Below, piece after piece: positions 38,201 to 52,500 of a DNA stretch of 64,000 bases (its first letter is position 1; the number at the start of each line of letters is the position of its first letter). The position numbers and the translations under genes were made by a program. This DNA comes from a virus. The stretch lies in IMG/VR virus record IMGVR_UViG_3300044846_000719, positions 1-64,000 of that record; one strand, given 5' to 3'. The notes below the pieces were generated by a model. That model was given only the letters and a program-made list of their open reading frames with translations, did not search any database and was not told the DNA's origin.

Positions 38201-40567
38201 ATTACGAATACCTCTATAGGTTTCCATAAATTTACTAAACATAAGTACTACAGAAATATAATCTTCTTTAGCAACTGATTTTGGATTAGAGGCATACTTG
38301 ATAAAGTTCTCTAACTCTTCTTTAGAACTGTTTAAGAATCTACCTAAAGCTATATCAGCCTTACCGGAGTTTATCTCAGTACTAAGTACAGCAATCAAAC
38401 TATTAATTTTATCTATAGTCTGTTTCTTAGGTTTAACTTGTTTAGATGAATCAATAATACTTTGTAAGGCATCATTACGTTTTACTAACTGTGAAACCAC
38501 ATCCTTCATAAACAAAGAAATGTTTGTATATTGCTCATCTGTTAAACCGGCCTCTGGTTTCTCTTGCTCAGGAGTTAAAAAGTCAGGATTATTAGTAACG
38601 TTAAAACCATTTTTAATCTTAAGATCATTAACTACATTCTGAAAAGGAATAGTAGGAATTATTCTATCTACATAAGCTAGATTTTCTGTCTCATTATGTT
38701 GTACTACACCTTCTACTCTAAAACTTTTTACCTTCTGATCTTTACCTTGACCTTCTATATTTAAGTTATAATGATAGGTAGATACACCAGATACCGGGAA
38801 ACCATTGATATTAGCTAACTTGGCATAACCCATTACCTGAATACTTTGCTGTTGCTTAGTAGTTAATTTTTCACCCGGTAATAAAGTACCTTCATTTGTA
38901 GAATAAGGTACATCATAGTATCCAGGATCTTTTATACTTGTCTTAGATACTTTTAAATCTATAATGTACAATGACCCATCTGGCTTAATAATTAATACAT
39001 CTAATGAACCGGCAATTTTAGATTGATCATCAGCAAGAATAACTTGCGGTAAGATTATAGAACCATCTAACGTAAGAGTAGCTACATATGCACTAAGTGA
39101 ATCATATGCATCTTCAGCTAAAGCTGGATCTAATACAGTCACACTTTCTAGGGCCTCATCAAATGTTTTACCATCTATAATATCCTGAAGAATCTTATCA
39201 AAGTCTTTACCAAATAACCTATTCATTTCATATAGATCATTTGGATCATTAAGACCACCTTTAATAGCAGAAGTCATAGATTTATATTCCTCTCCCGTCT
39301 CTAAATTAGTATACGTGTGTGTATCTTCATCTAAGAACATTGGTGTATCATATAGAGTATCTACTATATCTCTCTGTAAATTATTTATAGCTCTATCTTT
39401 AGCTGCTTTCTTACTGGCCTGTTTTCTAATATACTCAGGATCATTCTTATCAATACTTAACTTAACTGAACTTTGTACTTCACTAGTAATAGGTCCTGTT
39501 GTAAAGCGTAACTCTTTAGTATTTAATAACTTAGCAATATCAGTAAGGGTAACATTTTCATTTAAATCTTCAGCAATAATATCTAAACTATTACCTGTAA
39601 TGCTTTTATAGATATCATTTATGATTTCTGCAAACCATTCTATCAACTCTCTAATTGCAGTTTTAAATGAATTACCTGGTTGATTCTCATACTCTTTTTT
39701 AAAGTATCTAGTCAATGCTTGAGTAACTAACTCAAGGTCTCTATACTTTTCAAAAAATCCTTTTTTATTAGCGTAACTATCTTTTATCTGTTGTTCTAAT
39801 ACTGGAAAACTTTTTCTTGCTTCAACAACTAACTTACCAAATATATCAGGCCTACTAACATATAATGCATCTACTACTGGGTGAAGCATTTCTTCAATTG
39901 CTGTCTCAGTAGTAATCCGGCTCTTAATTATATAAGCTTTGTTCTGATAATAAAAACTCTTAACGTTTTTAAAATTTACTATTGGCTTATATGGTAATGA
40001 CTCATATAATTTTTTAGCATCCTCTACAGATACTATCTCATATTCTACATCTGGTAAAATAGTAGATAGATACTCTAGTACATCAATAGCATTATTTGTA
40101 TTCTCTGATTCTCCAATTACATCAACCGGAGTAAACATATTTTCATTAATTGTAAACTCTATACTATTTTGTGTAGGTCTAAAATCATATGTTTCACTAG
40201 ATATCTTATTATAATTCAGATAGTTAATAATTCTATTTTTATTATTTACAAGAATAGCAGGATCTATTTCCTGCATACCTTCTATAGTACCTGTTACAAA
40301 GTATCTGATTTTATCACCAACTGTGACACTAGATATCATGCGCCTCCTTCTGAGATTACTAATTACAGCTTCAGCATATTGTTTCTTTTTAACACTAAAC
40401 TTTACTTTATTAGCCTGTACAATTTCTTGAGCTTCTGCAATACTTGGAAATGTATCTGAATCTCTTGAAGATTGATATTGATCAATGATACCATCTACAA
40501 TTAGATTGTTATTATATATACCCATTAGGGCCTTGTATTCCGGTAAATTTCTATTATGACAAGCCAT
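35276..40567 (-). CDS. Large virion cargo/ejection protein with a PD-(D/E)XK nuclease domain
   Basis: 1763 aa directly downstream of vRNAP; IAGSLDVL...IIDLK...QQQSIQVMGY; degenerate zincin-like EEMLHP. Confidence 0.75.
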   Translation of the reverse strand: MACHNRNLPEYKALMGIYNNNLIVDGIIDQYQSSRDSDTFPSIAEAQEIVQANKVKFSVKKKQYAEAVISNLRRRRMISSVTVGDKIRYFVTGTIEGMQEIDPAILVNNKNRIINYLNYNKISSETYDFRPTQNSIEFTINENMFTPVDVIGESENTNNAIDVLEYLSTILPDVEYEIVSVEDAKKLYESLPYKPIVNFKNVKSFYYQNKAYIIKSRITTETAIEEMLHPVVDALYVSRPDIFGKLVVEARKSFPVLEQQIKDSYANKKGFFEKYRDLELVTQALTRYFKKEYENQPGNSFKTAIRELIEWFAEIINDIYKSITGNSLDIIAEDLNENVTLTDIAKLLNTKELRFTTGPITSEVQSSVKLSIDKNDPEYIRKQASKKAAKDRAINNLQRDIVDTLYDTPMFLDEDTHTYTNLETGEEYKSMTSAIKGGLNDPNDLYEMNRLFGKDFDKILQDIIDGKTFDEALESVTVLDPALAEDAYDSLSAYVATLTLDGSIILPQVILADDQSKIAGSLDVLIIKPDGSLYIIDLKVSKTSIKDPGYYDVPYSTNEGTLLPGEKLTTKQQQSIQVMGYAKLANINGFPVSGVSTYHYNLNIEGQGKDQKVKSFRVEGVVQHNETENLAYVDRIIPTIPFQNVVNDLKIKNGFNVTNNPDFLTPEQEKPEAGLTDEQYTNISLFMKDVVSQLVKRNDALQSIIDSSKQVKPKKQTIDKINSLIAVLSTEINSGKADIALGRFLNSSKEELENFIKYASNPKSVAKEDYISVVLMFSKFMETYRGIRNLSLSNVINPGQRDIAIAVTDLLNIADSTIDQAIENFTINFIRTNSNRNFTEDDLKTIIKETNDISVADAQLGDLATSTDTILALVDKVFKREKQKIADDVQQFSEKAITIGNRLASLSGGKPSYDYMLVYDKDGNFTGRYVQKIGYQYYKMFYDLRNKLVDNNNNWLEYINIPNLDDAKVEDIKFNQELFANRQAYSDFTKAERVIGGEVTDGEFHKYTDDFKKIRDKYEEYRNYGWKKKRGISDAEYAIYRNKYYNYSEYVTAQREKDGSYLGATAVRKSWFVKPEFKEVKDVADNGMSMLDEKYVKIMNPTTELERAQKEFYDFWIQEFENGALKMLPPSVKRDMTGKLPRQKQNFLNKLKDNPSSVTSLLSKSVSSWFKSFTDEGYQKIVLTDEEGNIIETPPIFFTGKLKSQFSIDKIKSEIEELQTSFRDGKVSTVKYREQLKELEKQLKRNESMLTKDELNTDLVDSLIKFRAMASNYQHLTNAEDTIYALKRVVENREYVQSQNVLVRTATGGTKAKTIPGSESRTATRLKKWLKMVYYEESEFDKSTLDNVISKVLNATSLSYVGFNIFGNINNYAMGRINNGIETGGQLFYDRKAMLRATGIYNSEYLPGVFKGLATSEGYYGEKKPQSKYEALLYQYRMVDSVAQREVKEKGGLMEWGYVLQDAAETNVQSKVGMAILMSKQIENDKGETLSLYDAYDFDPNTGELSLKTGFDLSDNERYDIRNNIREVNKQIHGNYSPEDRAALQDYSIGKLVFQFHKWVYPAFKARFKREYYDENLGWIEGRYRTFASFISHIKSARGDIFTKIRDAKESLREDQIKNLNRVAIELTFILSSFAIAHIISSLIAGMDLDDDDKQLKRLLNGLAYQADRQTSELTSFISPANAYMLMKSPIASSKLLGELGEAVSDTFAFPYNYAFDEESLYYKQGSRKGELKLNKQWSDALPVLYTINRWQSYDNVTDFYVK

Positions 40568-40570
40568 CTC

Positions 40571-43500
40571 TTATAAATAACATTTTTTTATTTGTTCTAC
40601 AAAACTATTTTGATCACCACCATTGGTCTTTACATAATCTTTGTACTGATCTACAAAGTTAACCAATGAAGTAATATTTAAATCTTGTTTTATTTTATCT
40701 TTTTGTTCATCTGTAAGTTCCATAAAGAACTCACTAAGAACAGGATAATCAGTCCTTGCTTTAAACATTGCACCTATAGCAGGATTAAATGCCGCAGCTG
40801 GCACATTTGCTAACATAGCTTCTACATCACCAATCTCTGGTTCTTGAGCTTTAGGTGTTAAAGTCTTAGCTAATTCTGCAGGTGATTTTGCATCTGTTTC
40901 ATATGGTTTACCATCTTTTTCATATACAATCTTTTTACCCACTGTTTTAGCTTGAATACCATTAGAAGCTAAAGTACTATTAATATTAGCTGGAGCATTA
41001 CTAAGATCTATATTGCCTAATTGTTTATCTATATTGGCTGCTTGATCATCAATTAATTTATCAATATTAGTATCAGGCATTGCTCCAGGATTATTAAAGA
41101 CATCTTTATTCTTTCTATTAGCAAATAGCTGTGTACTAGTTGGTAAATTACCGGGTATTACAAACCCTGAAGCAAATTGTTTTTTAGAACCAGTTGAAAT
41201 AAATTTTTCATACTCAGCAGACACACCAAAAGCATACACATCACCAGGTTGAATAAGATCAGCTAAATTTTCTTTATTATCTACCCTATCTCTTTTTACA
41301 GTAGTTAGTTTATAATAAGTAATAAGTTTACTCTTATCTGAAAATTCTACTATTTTAATAACTAATGGAAAACCAATCTGTGTTTTTTCATCCTTATTTG
41401 CTAAAATAAAACCTAAAGCCTTTAAATATTTTAAATTGTATCTATATAATTTCTTACCTTCCTCAGTTAATTTAGATGGACCAGGTAGAGAAATCATAGG
41501 TTGTACAATCTGATAATTACCTTTACTATCTACAATCATCTCATCACCTTTGTAATTAGAAACATCACCTAAAGGAATCATTTCTTTTTCAAATTCTGTA
41601 TTTTTAAATACATTAACTTCAAGTTTATCATTAGCAATTACCATTGGGGATTTTAATTCTACACCAGAAGCAATATTTAAATCTTTTTTAAGTTCATTAA
41701 GTTGATCATTCTTACTAATCTTTGACCTTATATTTTTTGTAAAGAATGTTACACTAGAAGACTGTAAGAATCCTCTAACAAATTCATTATACAATTCATT
41801 AAGATTTACACCAAATGTTTTTACTACTAATCTATCATCAGCCTGACCTTTTAATGCGGTAACAGCAGAAGCAGATGAATTAAGAATCATTTCAAACATA
41901 AAGTTTGGCATTATTCTAATAAAAGATCCTGACTTAAACTGACCACCATCTTTAACTAATAAGTAATGGAATAAGTCAATTGCATATGGTCTAGTTAACT
42001 CATTAGTATATAACTCCATAAAGCTATACTGTATCTTATTAACTTGTAATTTACTTAATTTAGTCCAGTTATTAAACTCTACTTTATTTATAGCATCTTT
42101 ATTAGCTCTATTACCTGCAGTGATAGCAAACAAAAACTTGTTTACAAAATAGTTATTAGGGCTTAACTCTCTTAATTTTTTAACAACATCAGTTACATTA
42201 TCCATATTTTCAGGTAATGTACTTGCTGTCTGGTCATAAATCATTCCATTATTTAGAGAAGCAAGTGCTCTATTATAACCACCTTTCTTTAATATATTAA
42301 CATATGCTTTAATTGCAAAGAAAGAAATTAAGTTTTTATCTAAAGTATTTTTAAAATTTTTACGGTCTCTAAAATTAACGTCCGTATTTGCTATTACAAT
42401 ATCACGTAATCTATTAACCACTGGAGTACGGTTAAGCATGACACTACCCATTAAAGATTTAATTTCTCTATACACGGTAAAATTAAATCCAAATGTATTA
42501 TCTGAATTACGTAATAATGCACGTACATCAAATGGTATTGAACTAACTTCAAACTCTTTGTCATTCATTTCTAAACCTAAATCAACAGCTTTATTATAAA
42601 TCTCATCAAACTCTGTTAAATCTTTATTAGGTAGACCTTTGTTAAGTTTTAATATTGAAGATAAACTCATCATAGCATCACTTTGTCCTATAAGTACCTT
42701 AAAGTTATTAAGAACCGCTATTTGTACAGCAGCAATATTTCTTCTAATACCTTCTTCAAGATCTGCTGTTGTAATATTAGAAGGAACTTCAGTTACTTTA
42801 TATTCATCCATTAACTCTTTGATAATAGCTGTTTTACCTTTAATTCTTTCGCTATCTTTTGCATAAGATGATTTATTAGTTCTTAAACGTTTATAAAACT
42901 CATGTATTATAGGTTGATTAATAAATAATATACTATCATCTAATGACACACCCTGAGCAATCATATTTGCTACAATACCAAGAGAATCTATATTCAAACC
43001 TAATTTAGCAGCAAGACGTTCTTTAGCGTTATCTGTCATGGCTGATACTAAAGCTGACAAGATAAACATTATACGTTCACCATCATATTGTCCAGTTTCT
43101 GGATTATATGCTTGAGTCTCACCATAAGTATCAAACTCTTTACCATTAAGTTTAAATCTTAAGTTAGTAAGATCTATTTTCTCACCAGTTTCATCAGTAT
43201 AACTATTTGTTTTTCTAATTTTTATTTTATAAGGATTTACTACTGTATATACCAACAATGCGTTAACTGCAGCCCCAATATTTCTAGAACCTTCCTTATT
43301 ATTTCTAAATCCATAATATTTACCTAATAAAGTATCTACATTATATCTACCTTCTTCTAATTGATCTCTAAGTTCAGGAAATCTTTCAGTAAAGCTTTTA
43401 ACAATATCTTTAAGAGGTTGTACAGTTGCTACCTGGAATGCTTTAGGAATTTTTCCTTCTTCGGCAGTAACCATATCCGTATTGTTTAATAAAGCAATAC

Positions 43501-46500
43501 GTGCATTTACAATTGTATTATTAAGGGCCCCTTGATAAGGTTCATAACCTAACTTCTCTACTTTAGTATTATACTCATCTACATCAGCCGGTAAGTTTAA
43601 AGCTTTTAAAGTTGCTTCAATAATTTCTTTCTTATCAAGATCTAAAGTAGTAGCATTCTCATCAATAATATCTAACTCATCTAGATAATCAACAGCATAG
43701 TCTTTAAACTCATTAGCTTCTTTTTGAAAAGCTTGATAGTAATCATTATAAGTTTTTCTAAACTCTTTGTTTTTACTAAACTGATATTTTACAAACTGAT
43801 TAAACTTCTCTGTCTTAGTAGTTCCACTACCATAAGCTTTAAATTCACCATTCTCTACTAACCATTCTTGAATGGCTATGTAAAGTTTATCAATATCAAA
43901 GTCAGCTCCAGATATCTCAATAAGTTCTTGTGGAAATATTGCAGTAGAACCATAGTATACCGGCATAAAGTCTACAAGTTTAAGAGCAACTGCAGAGTGT
44001 TTATCCTGTGAAGGAGTACGTACTCCAAACATTTTAGCTATAGCATCTGGTATTTTATCACCTGGTTTAATAAAGCTCAACAACTCTTTAAAGTGAGCCG
44101 GCATAATAAACTCAGTAAAATATCCGGTAATCTTACCATTCTCGTCATACTCAGGTACGTTATGTCTAAGATCATCTACATAATAATCACCTACTTGTAA
44201 ATCATTATAGGTTCTATTTTCTAGATCAGCCTGAGTTTTAGGTGTGCCATACTTAGAAGGATTAGTTTTAAATTCTTCAACTCTTACAATCTCCCATCTT
44301 TTTGGCTGACCATTTTCATCTAACTCTAATACCTTTTTAAGTTGCTTCATACCAAAATCTGACATCAAAGCCACGGAATGTCCAGGTATTTTTTCAGACA
44401 ATACTCCTTTAGAGAAATAAGATAAGAACAACTCAACAAACTTATCAATAGTAATAGGTGAGTTAAGATCATACTTAGGTTCTCCTTGCTCATCTAGTTC
44501 AAAGAACTCAATCATCTGAGCATCACCAGCTGAAGACTTTAATGTCTCAATTGCATATCTTTGGAATGCAGCAAGTTTAGGAGTAACAGATCCAGCAGCA
44601 ATAGATTTTCTAACTTCATCAAATCCTGTGTCAAGTGTAAAGATTGCATTTCTTTTTCCAATATAATTAACTTTAACCCTATTAATAGATGCTTTTTTGT
44701 AGATTTCTTTAAGATCACCAACAGTAATCTCAGTACCCATAAAGTCAACTGGTGTATCATCCTTTTGTTCAGTGGTAATAATTGTCTTAATCTGGGTTGT
44801 ATCTGTAATTATAATCTTATTAGAAGGATTCTCTAATTGTAATCTCCAGTATTTAGTATCAGTCTCAATAAAGTTTCTATCAGTAATACTATATACATCA
44901 TTAGCCACATTTACTTTTTTACCTTTAGATGCAGATACTGGAATAGCTAAACTTACAGTTTCTCTATCTTTCTCATAAGCTTCTAATGTATTACGTAAAC
45001 TATGTAACTCTTCTTTACCAGGTAATGCATATTGAAAGTTTTTACCATAAGATGTAAGTTCTTTAGTAAGAACTACACCCGATGTCTTAATATATGTCTG
45101 ACCATCAAAGTATACTAACTTAATAGAGTTAGTAACAGCATTAAATGATATAGCTCCTTTTGTCTTAGCATTGCCAAAAAAGAAATCACCGGTTACTGCC
45201 TCACCTTTTTCAATCTTATTTAATAATTCATTAAGTATAGGAGATAACTTACCAAGACCATGTGATGTATAACGTAAAGCTTTTACAGTCATCCACATCT
45301 GGGCATCCGCTTTATCTTTTTTACCACCAGCAAAGTTAGCTGTAAACTTAGGATCAGCTATAGTAACAACATGAGCAGTTTTGAATGCATGCATAATACC
45401 TAATTTTTCATCTTTAATAGCTGATGAAATATTAGAACCTGTAGCATTTGATCCTCTAGCTCTTTTAATCTCATCTACAGTATCTTTAAATGATAGAGCA
45501 TGATCACCATGCATTAATTGGTTAATAGCAGTTGTATTAATAAAATCATTTAGATAGATCTGAATAAGATTATATCTATAGTCATTATCTTTTATATTAT
45601 AAAGACTATTTTTAACATCATCCTTTACTTTCTTAAGAGTTTTAGATTTTTTTGAGTCCGCCTCTTTTTTAATTATTTTAAATCCTTTAGTCAAGAAACC
45701 AGATATTGCACTATCCGTTATTTTATTTTCGTCATTAACTTTTATAACGTTCTCTAATTTTAATAATTCTATAATAGCATCTACCTCCTTTAATAAAGTA
45801 TTAATAGCTTCTGCTTTAATTTGATTCTTCTGAGAATCTGTTAATGGTAAATTTTTCTTTGCTTGCTCTTCTAAATCATTCTTAAAATCTTCGGTTAATA
45901 ATTTATCAGTCTTAAACAAAGTAAGACCACGCATTTTTCCAGTATTATAATCATAGATTTCTTCATCAGTTTCTTCAGTTGCTACTCTTCTTATACGATT
46001 ATACTCCTGTTCTACAAAACTAAGTATTGCATTTTTAGCTTCATCAGTAATAATATTGTTATCATTAACTTTTTTAACAGCTTTAACTATTGGAAGATTA
46101 ACTATGTTACCAGTATTTGATGCTTCTAGAACACGAATTAAATGAAAACTATCTGCAAATTTCTTTTTATTTACTTCTCTAATTTCTCCAGCACTATACA
46201 AATCAATAAGAGTGGTAATAAATTCTTCAGGAGTATAACTACCATAGGTACTTCCTTCACGTCTATTAACTTCTAACTCTTTGTTTTCAATAATATCTCC
46301 TTCTCCAGTTTCTATAAGACTACTAACTTTTTGACCATCAATTCTTTTAACATTAATTAAATTTAAAATATCTTTAAAATTGGGATTATTTAATAAAAAG
46401 TTATCCCGTAAAAATTGATCCTCTAATAATTTATCAATAGCACCTGCTTTTTTAATCTCATTCATCTTAACTAAATGATAAGATGGTAATTGATGAACAT

Positions 46501-49500
46501 ATACTAGTTTATTTTCAGCATTCTTCCAGCTAGTAGCATATACAGATTCATCAAATACAGTATTAGCTTTTGCAATATTATAAAGACGAGTTGTAGCACC
46601 ACCAGAAAGAATCTCAGTTTCTTTAACTATATCACCAGTTTCAGTATCTACTTCTGTATCATACTCTAAATTAATAAATGGATTTTCTTCAGTCTCAATT
46701 AAGTTTTTAATCTTATCTATATCCTCTCTATCTATCGGTTTTACCCCAGAATAAAGATTAAATAAAGTAAGTTGTTGAGGTGTAAGTTTTGAAGTATCAA
46801 TCATATTTACAATTGAATATGATAAATACATACCACTCAATGAAATACCTAGAACTTCCATTAAATCAACTGATAATTTATTAGTAATATTTACTAACTT
46901 ATCATCAGTATATTTTTTAGTTGGCTCCATTGCATTTCTTAAATTTTTTAATACAGTTGTAGCTTTTTTCTTTAACTCAGGAGTTAATTTACTTTCATAA
47001 ACATTACTATATGCTTGAGACCACTGATCAAACTGTACTTTACCAGAATCTTTTCTATTTGCAGATATAATGTTAGTAATCTGTTTCTTAGTATCTTTAT
47101 TAATAAATAAATAGTCTACAGCATGTTGACCAAAACCTTTTATAAAAGATTGGAATAAATAACTATTTTTAACATTCTCTAAATTTACATTACCGTCTTC
47201 ATCAAATGTTACTCCTGTCTGAATAAAGAATTCCTCAATAACTTTACCAGACTCAAAGTTTCTATCTTTATATAAATTAAGTTTTAAAAGAATCTCTTCC
47301 GTATCCTCTGTTCCAGCAATTGCTTGTAAAATACCATTGTATACAGTAGATCCATCTACAGATTGGACATAAGGCGTACCATCTAAGAACTGTTTATTAC
47401 CAAACTCATCAGCTGCCTGATATGTAATAGTAGATATCCAAGATCTCAAAAACATAGATAAACTACCAAAACCACCTACAGAAGCAGCACCTTCAGTATA
47501 ATTAAAGGCAGCCTTATCTCCTAATAAAAGTTTACGTTCTTCATCTTCATTAGCCTCATTAGTTTCTTTAATACCTAAGATTGCTAAATGCTCTCTTACT
47601 GATTCTTTAAGAATGTTTCTATTTTCAATTTTGCTGAAGATTAATTTATACTCTTTTAATTTATTTAAAGTTGCAGTATCTAAATCAACATACTGATCTA
47701 AATTAGGATTATAAAGCTCCTCATAAATATCTAATACTGAATCTAGTAACTCATCTGTATTAGTTTCTTTAGTGGCGTCCTTAAGTTTGTTATTATAGAT
47801 AGCAGCTACAGTTGCAGATAATCTAGTACCCTCTTGTTCTGGTAAATACTTATCTACTTTTATATAGTTAACCTCGCCTTCAGCAGCAAATGTAGAATCT
47901 TCAATAATATCTGTACCAATCTTAATAGCTTTAAGTACCGGCTCACTTATATCAAATGGAGAGTCTGTAAATCTATTAGTAACTACTTTACTATTTCTAT
48001 ACTTACCGGCATCAATATTATCAAACAAAGAATTTAATTCATTCTTACCAAATCTGCTAAATACTTTCTTGATCCACTCAACTATTCTAGCAAACAAACC
48101 TTTATTTACATAGTTAGTCTCTGTCTTTTTATTAATCTTCCATTCTTCAAACTTATCAGCAAGGTATTCTTCATACATTCTTTCCTCTAATGCTGACTCA
48201 CTCATTGCTGCATAAAGAGGATTTAATAAACGCATCTCTTCTTTAGCTAAAGAAAAAGACTTACCTTCTTTACGCAACTGATCTCTTAACTCTTTTTTAG
48301 CAATTGTTAAGTATCTAGATATCTGAGCATCACTTAGTAACAAACGGAATACTGCGTGGAAAGCTTCATGGTATTTAAAAGGAGAACTAGCAGATGTATA
48401 GATAGTACCATTAACTTCTACATTACCGGCTACATTAGACAATGAAGATACAAATGCACCTACAGTCTTACCACCATTATATAAGTTAGTCTTAAGAGTA
48501 TTTAGATCTTCTACAGTAACAAAGTCAGGAAGATTGTTTTGGGCCCAAGTTAAGAACTCAGTTAAATTAGTTATATCAGATTCAGTGTAACCAGCAGCTA
48601 CTACTTTAAGACCCATGCCTTTAGACAAAACTTCTATTTGTCCTTTAATAGCTAGAACCTCTGGAGAATTTTCCGCTTGTATTCTAATTTCTTTTTTATC
48701 AGCAGTAGTTAACTCACCTTTCTCAGCAAGTTTTTCAGCTCGTAATCTGTCATTTACCTCGTCTGTTTTGGTATCAACTTGAGCTTGCAACTGCTTGATC
48801 TGCTGAGGAATAGATTGTTGAGCAGCTAATACTCTAGTTAAAGCATCTGCAGAACTTACTTGAATAGGTTTAGTAGATAATTGAGTAGTAGCAGCTAGTT
48901 CATTAAGTTTTTTAGTTGCGTTATTTAATCTTTCTATTCTTAAAGCAGCATCTTGATTATTGGCTTTTGCTGTTAACTCTACATTCTTTTCATTCGGGGG
49001 AGTAAATTTACCATCTTTACCAAATGCTTTTTCTGCTATATACTTACCATTTACTTCATAGTTCTTATCTACAACAGCAGCTATCTTATCATTATCAAAT
49101 ACTACAGCAAAAATATTATTTCCTAAATTATAGTATTTTGCATCTTCTCCTGCAATCTCAGATAATGGTCTACTTCCACTTATAGTTCCATATTCTGTTT
49201 TTTCTATATCAGCTCTAGCATCTGTAGGTTGAGCAGAAACAACTGAAGGATTAACTGGTGCAACACCTCTTAATAGATCTGGATTAAACGCAGAACCTGC
49301 TGGTGCATTACTTAAATCAAGATTATTTATATCAACATCAGTAGAACTACGATCTTCATTACTTACTTTTACTAATAGTGGATCTGCCTGGACATCAGAA
49401 GCTGATTCAAGCATAGTTACGTATACAGATACATTTTTAACCACATTGGGCCCAACACTAGCTTCCATATCTAATACTTGTAATGTATTAATAGTTTTTG

Positions 49501-52500
49501 GTAAAGCCGCTTTAAATGATCTACCAGTAAGCACTAGATTCATTTTAGTATTCTCTGCTTTTTGTTCAGCATCATATTCTTTAATACTAGAATTTATTAA
49601 TGTGAGTAACTCTGAAAAAGTATTAAATTCAGGATTATCAATAAACTTCTTTGTGTTAAAGCCATTGTTCTTGTTTATAAAATCTATAACTAAAGATCCA
49701 CTAGGACTAACATAGAGATTTAAAAATTTACCACGTTCTTTTAATGGTAATGCAATGAATAATTTATTATTTATATTTTCTTTATTCCAGATATCATTAT
49801 ATTCTTCTGCCTCTATCTTTTCTTCAGCATTTACATTTTCTTTTTTAGTTAACTCTATTCGGGCTTTAATATCTGAAACAAATGTATTAAGATCTTCATT
49901 AGATAAAACAGGTGTAGTTAATTCTACAAATCTAATTTTACCATTAGGAAGTTTAACTACAGCTACGTATCTACCATACTTTAATAAACCATCAACACCA
50001 GCATCATTATATCTAACCGCATCAATCTCTTTTTCTGTGGACTCTAAAATATCTATATCAATATCACTTATAGGAGAACCCGGAATAGTAATAATAGATC
50101 CTTTGTTGTATTTATTTTCTTTATTAATTACATAAATGGCACCATTAATAGTATTACTACTTAGTTCAGAAAACTTAGGTCTAGCTTCAGTATTATATAA
50201 TAAATCATATGATCCAAAACCAACATTAATCTTTGCTACCTTTTTAAGATCTTCATAAGGAATTTCCACTGAAGTATTTTTACCTAATTTAGATTTTAAA
50301 TAATTTAATAATGCAATTTTATTTCTATAATCACCTTTAATTTTCGTAACTGCTTGAGGGTATTTACCATCCTTTAAATAGAATGCTTGCTTAACTCTAT
50401 CAGCATTTATTCTATCAATAGAAATTGGATTACCCTGAGTATCTAAAAATTGAAAAGATGTAGGATTAGGTAAGTAACCAATTTCTTCACCATTAAGTAC
50501 TAATGCAATAGCATAAGAATCTGTAAAGAATCCAGCTGATTGATTTTCTTTTTGGTCAGGTAATCTAATATAATCATACCTTTGAGGTGATTTATTTAGA
50601 TTAGTAAATCTAATACTTAATCCCTCTTGTAATTGTTCTATAGGAGTATCTCTTAAAAGGTTGCTTAAGCGTGCTGTTGCATCTTTCTGAGACTCATCCC
50701 CTATTCTTTTACCCCAAGCTCTATTTAATGTATTTATGTCATCTAAACGTGAAGTATACTGTTTCTTTTCTATAGGAGCTCTCTCTAATTTAAATCCTGC
50801 AAAAGATGGAATAGGAAGAATAGCACCAGTTTTAACATTTTTAAGTTTAAGGTTAGAGCCAGCAGCAATTTCTGCAGGATAAGAAAGAACTATATACTCA
50901 TTATTTTTATTATCAGATATAATCTGACCATTAACCAATGGAGTATTATCAAATACAAACTGCTTTTTATTTTTAGCTAAATAATCACCAATAGCTTTCT
51001 GAGCTATTTGTGCATCCTCTAAATTAAAAAATGCATCTGCCTCTAATTTTGAAAATTCAATTGGCCTATCAGTATTGTTAATAGCTAACTCACCATCATT
51101 AGTTTTTACAAAGTATACTTCTGTTTTAACACCATTTACTATTCCATTTATTTTTGTGATAAATACACCATTATATCCAGCAGATACAATTGATTCACCC
51201 TCTTGTAGTACATCCTTGTTATATTGATTCTCATCTCTTTGTTGAATAAATATATCTGAGAATGTAACATTGTTTTTATTTAATGTATCATATACCAATG
51301 GAGTTCTAGCATTAGCTCTTAACCATTCTGTAAATTCAGGTTTAGCTTCATCAGTAATAGCATCATATGCTGCCTCTAATGTAGTAATAGCATTTATAAT
51401 ACCGGCACCTTTTTTAGTAACCACAAATTCTTCAAAAGAGATTGGTACTTCTACCTCTCTTAATGATTTTAAATAATCATCATATGCTCTACGTACAACA
51501 GTCTGAGTAAATTCACTTACATCTTCAATATCTTCTGAACCAGGGTCTTCTTCATCTTCTGTAGTATCAGTACCAAAGTCATTAGATTTAGCTGTCTTTT
51601 CAGTTTTAGCACGTTTTTCTTCAGCTTCTTTAATTTGTTTATAAGCTTCAAACACCACCATGATATCTCTATAGATTTCATCTGTTGGTTTAACTGCACC
51701 AATTACAGAATCATGATAGAAAGTTGTTGGAATTTTTCCAGTCTTAGCAAACTCAACACCCTGGTCTGGATCTACTAGTACACCCATGCCTTGTAAAGTT
51801 GCTAATACATTATTCTTCTCAAGCATTTCAATATGCTTTTCATATACATCACTTGATGTAACATCTTTCTTACGTTGCTCAAATGCTTCAGTAAGGACCT
51901 TAGAAGTTCTCTCAGTTAACTCTTTAAAACGTACAGGATCAAGTAAGTAATTAATAGATTGCTCTAATAACTGACTTCTTAAGTCAAGTACTTTATAATC
52001 AAATAACTGATCAAATGTATTCTCTAATACAGTGTCTTGAATATATGCAGGATTACCATCTTTTTCATTTGCAAACTTAATATAGTTTACATACTTCTTA
52101 TAAAGATTAGATACCTTACGTTTATCATAAGTACCATCTTTCTTTAAGTTAAGATCATATTGCTCTTTAAAAGATTTTAATAACTCACGCTTCTTAGCTT
52201 TGTTATCCATATCTTTCTTAAGAGCTAGATCAGTAATTTCTCCAACTTGAGATAATTCAATATCTAAAATATCTAACTCTCTATTTAAAGAGTTATCAGA
52301 GAATAAGATATCAAAATCAGAGGCTGCCATATTTTTTAATGCACCACTTGCTTTAGCAGTCTCTAATAATGTATTCCTTCTTTCTATAGCTCTTGTATTA
52401 GTAAACATATGATACATAACCATACGCTTACTATTTTCCCAAGCTCTAAAGTTTATCTCTTCATTTCTTCTCTCTGTACTTCCAGCTTTATATAACTCTG

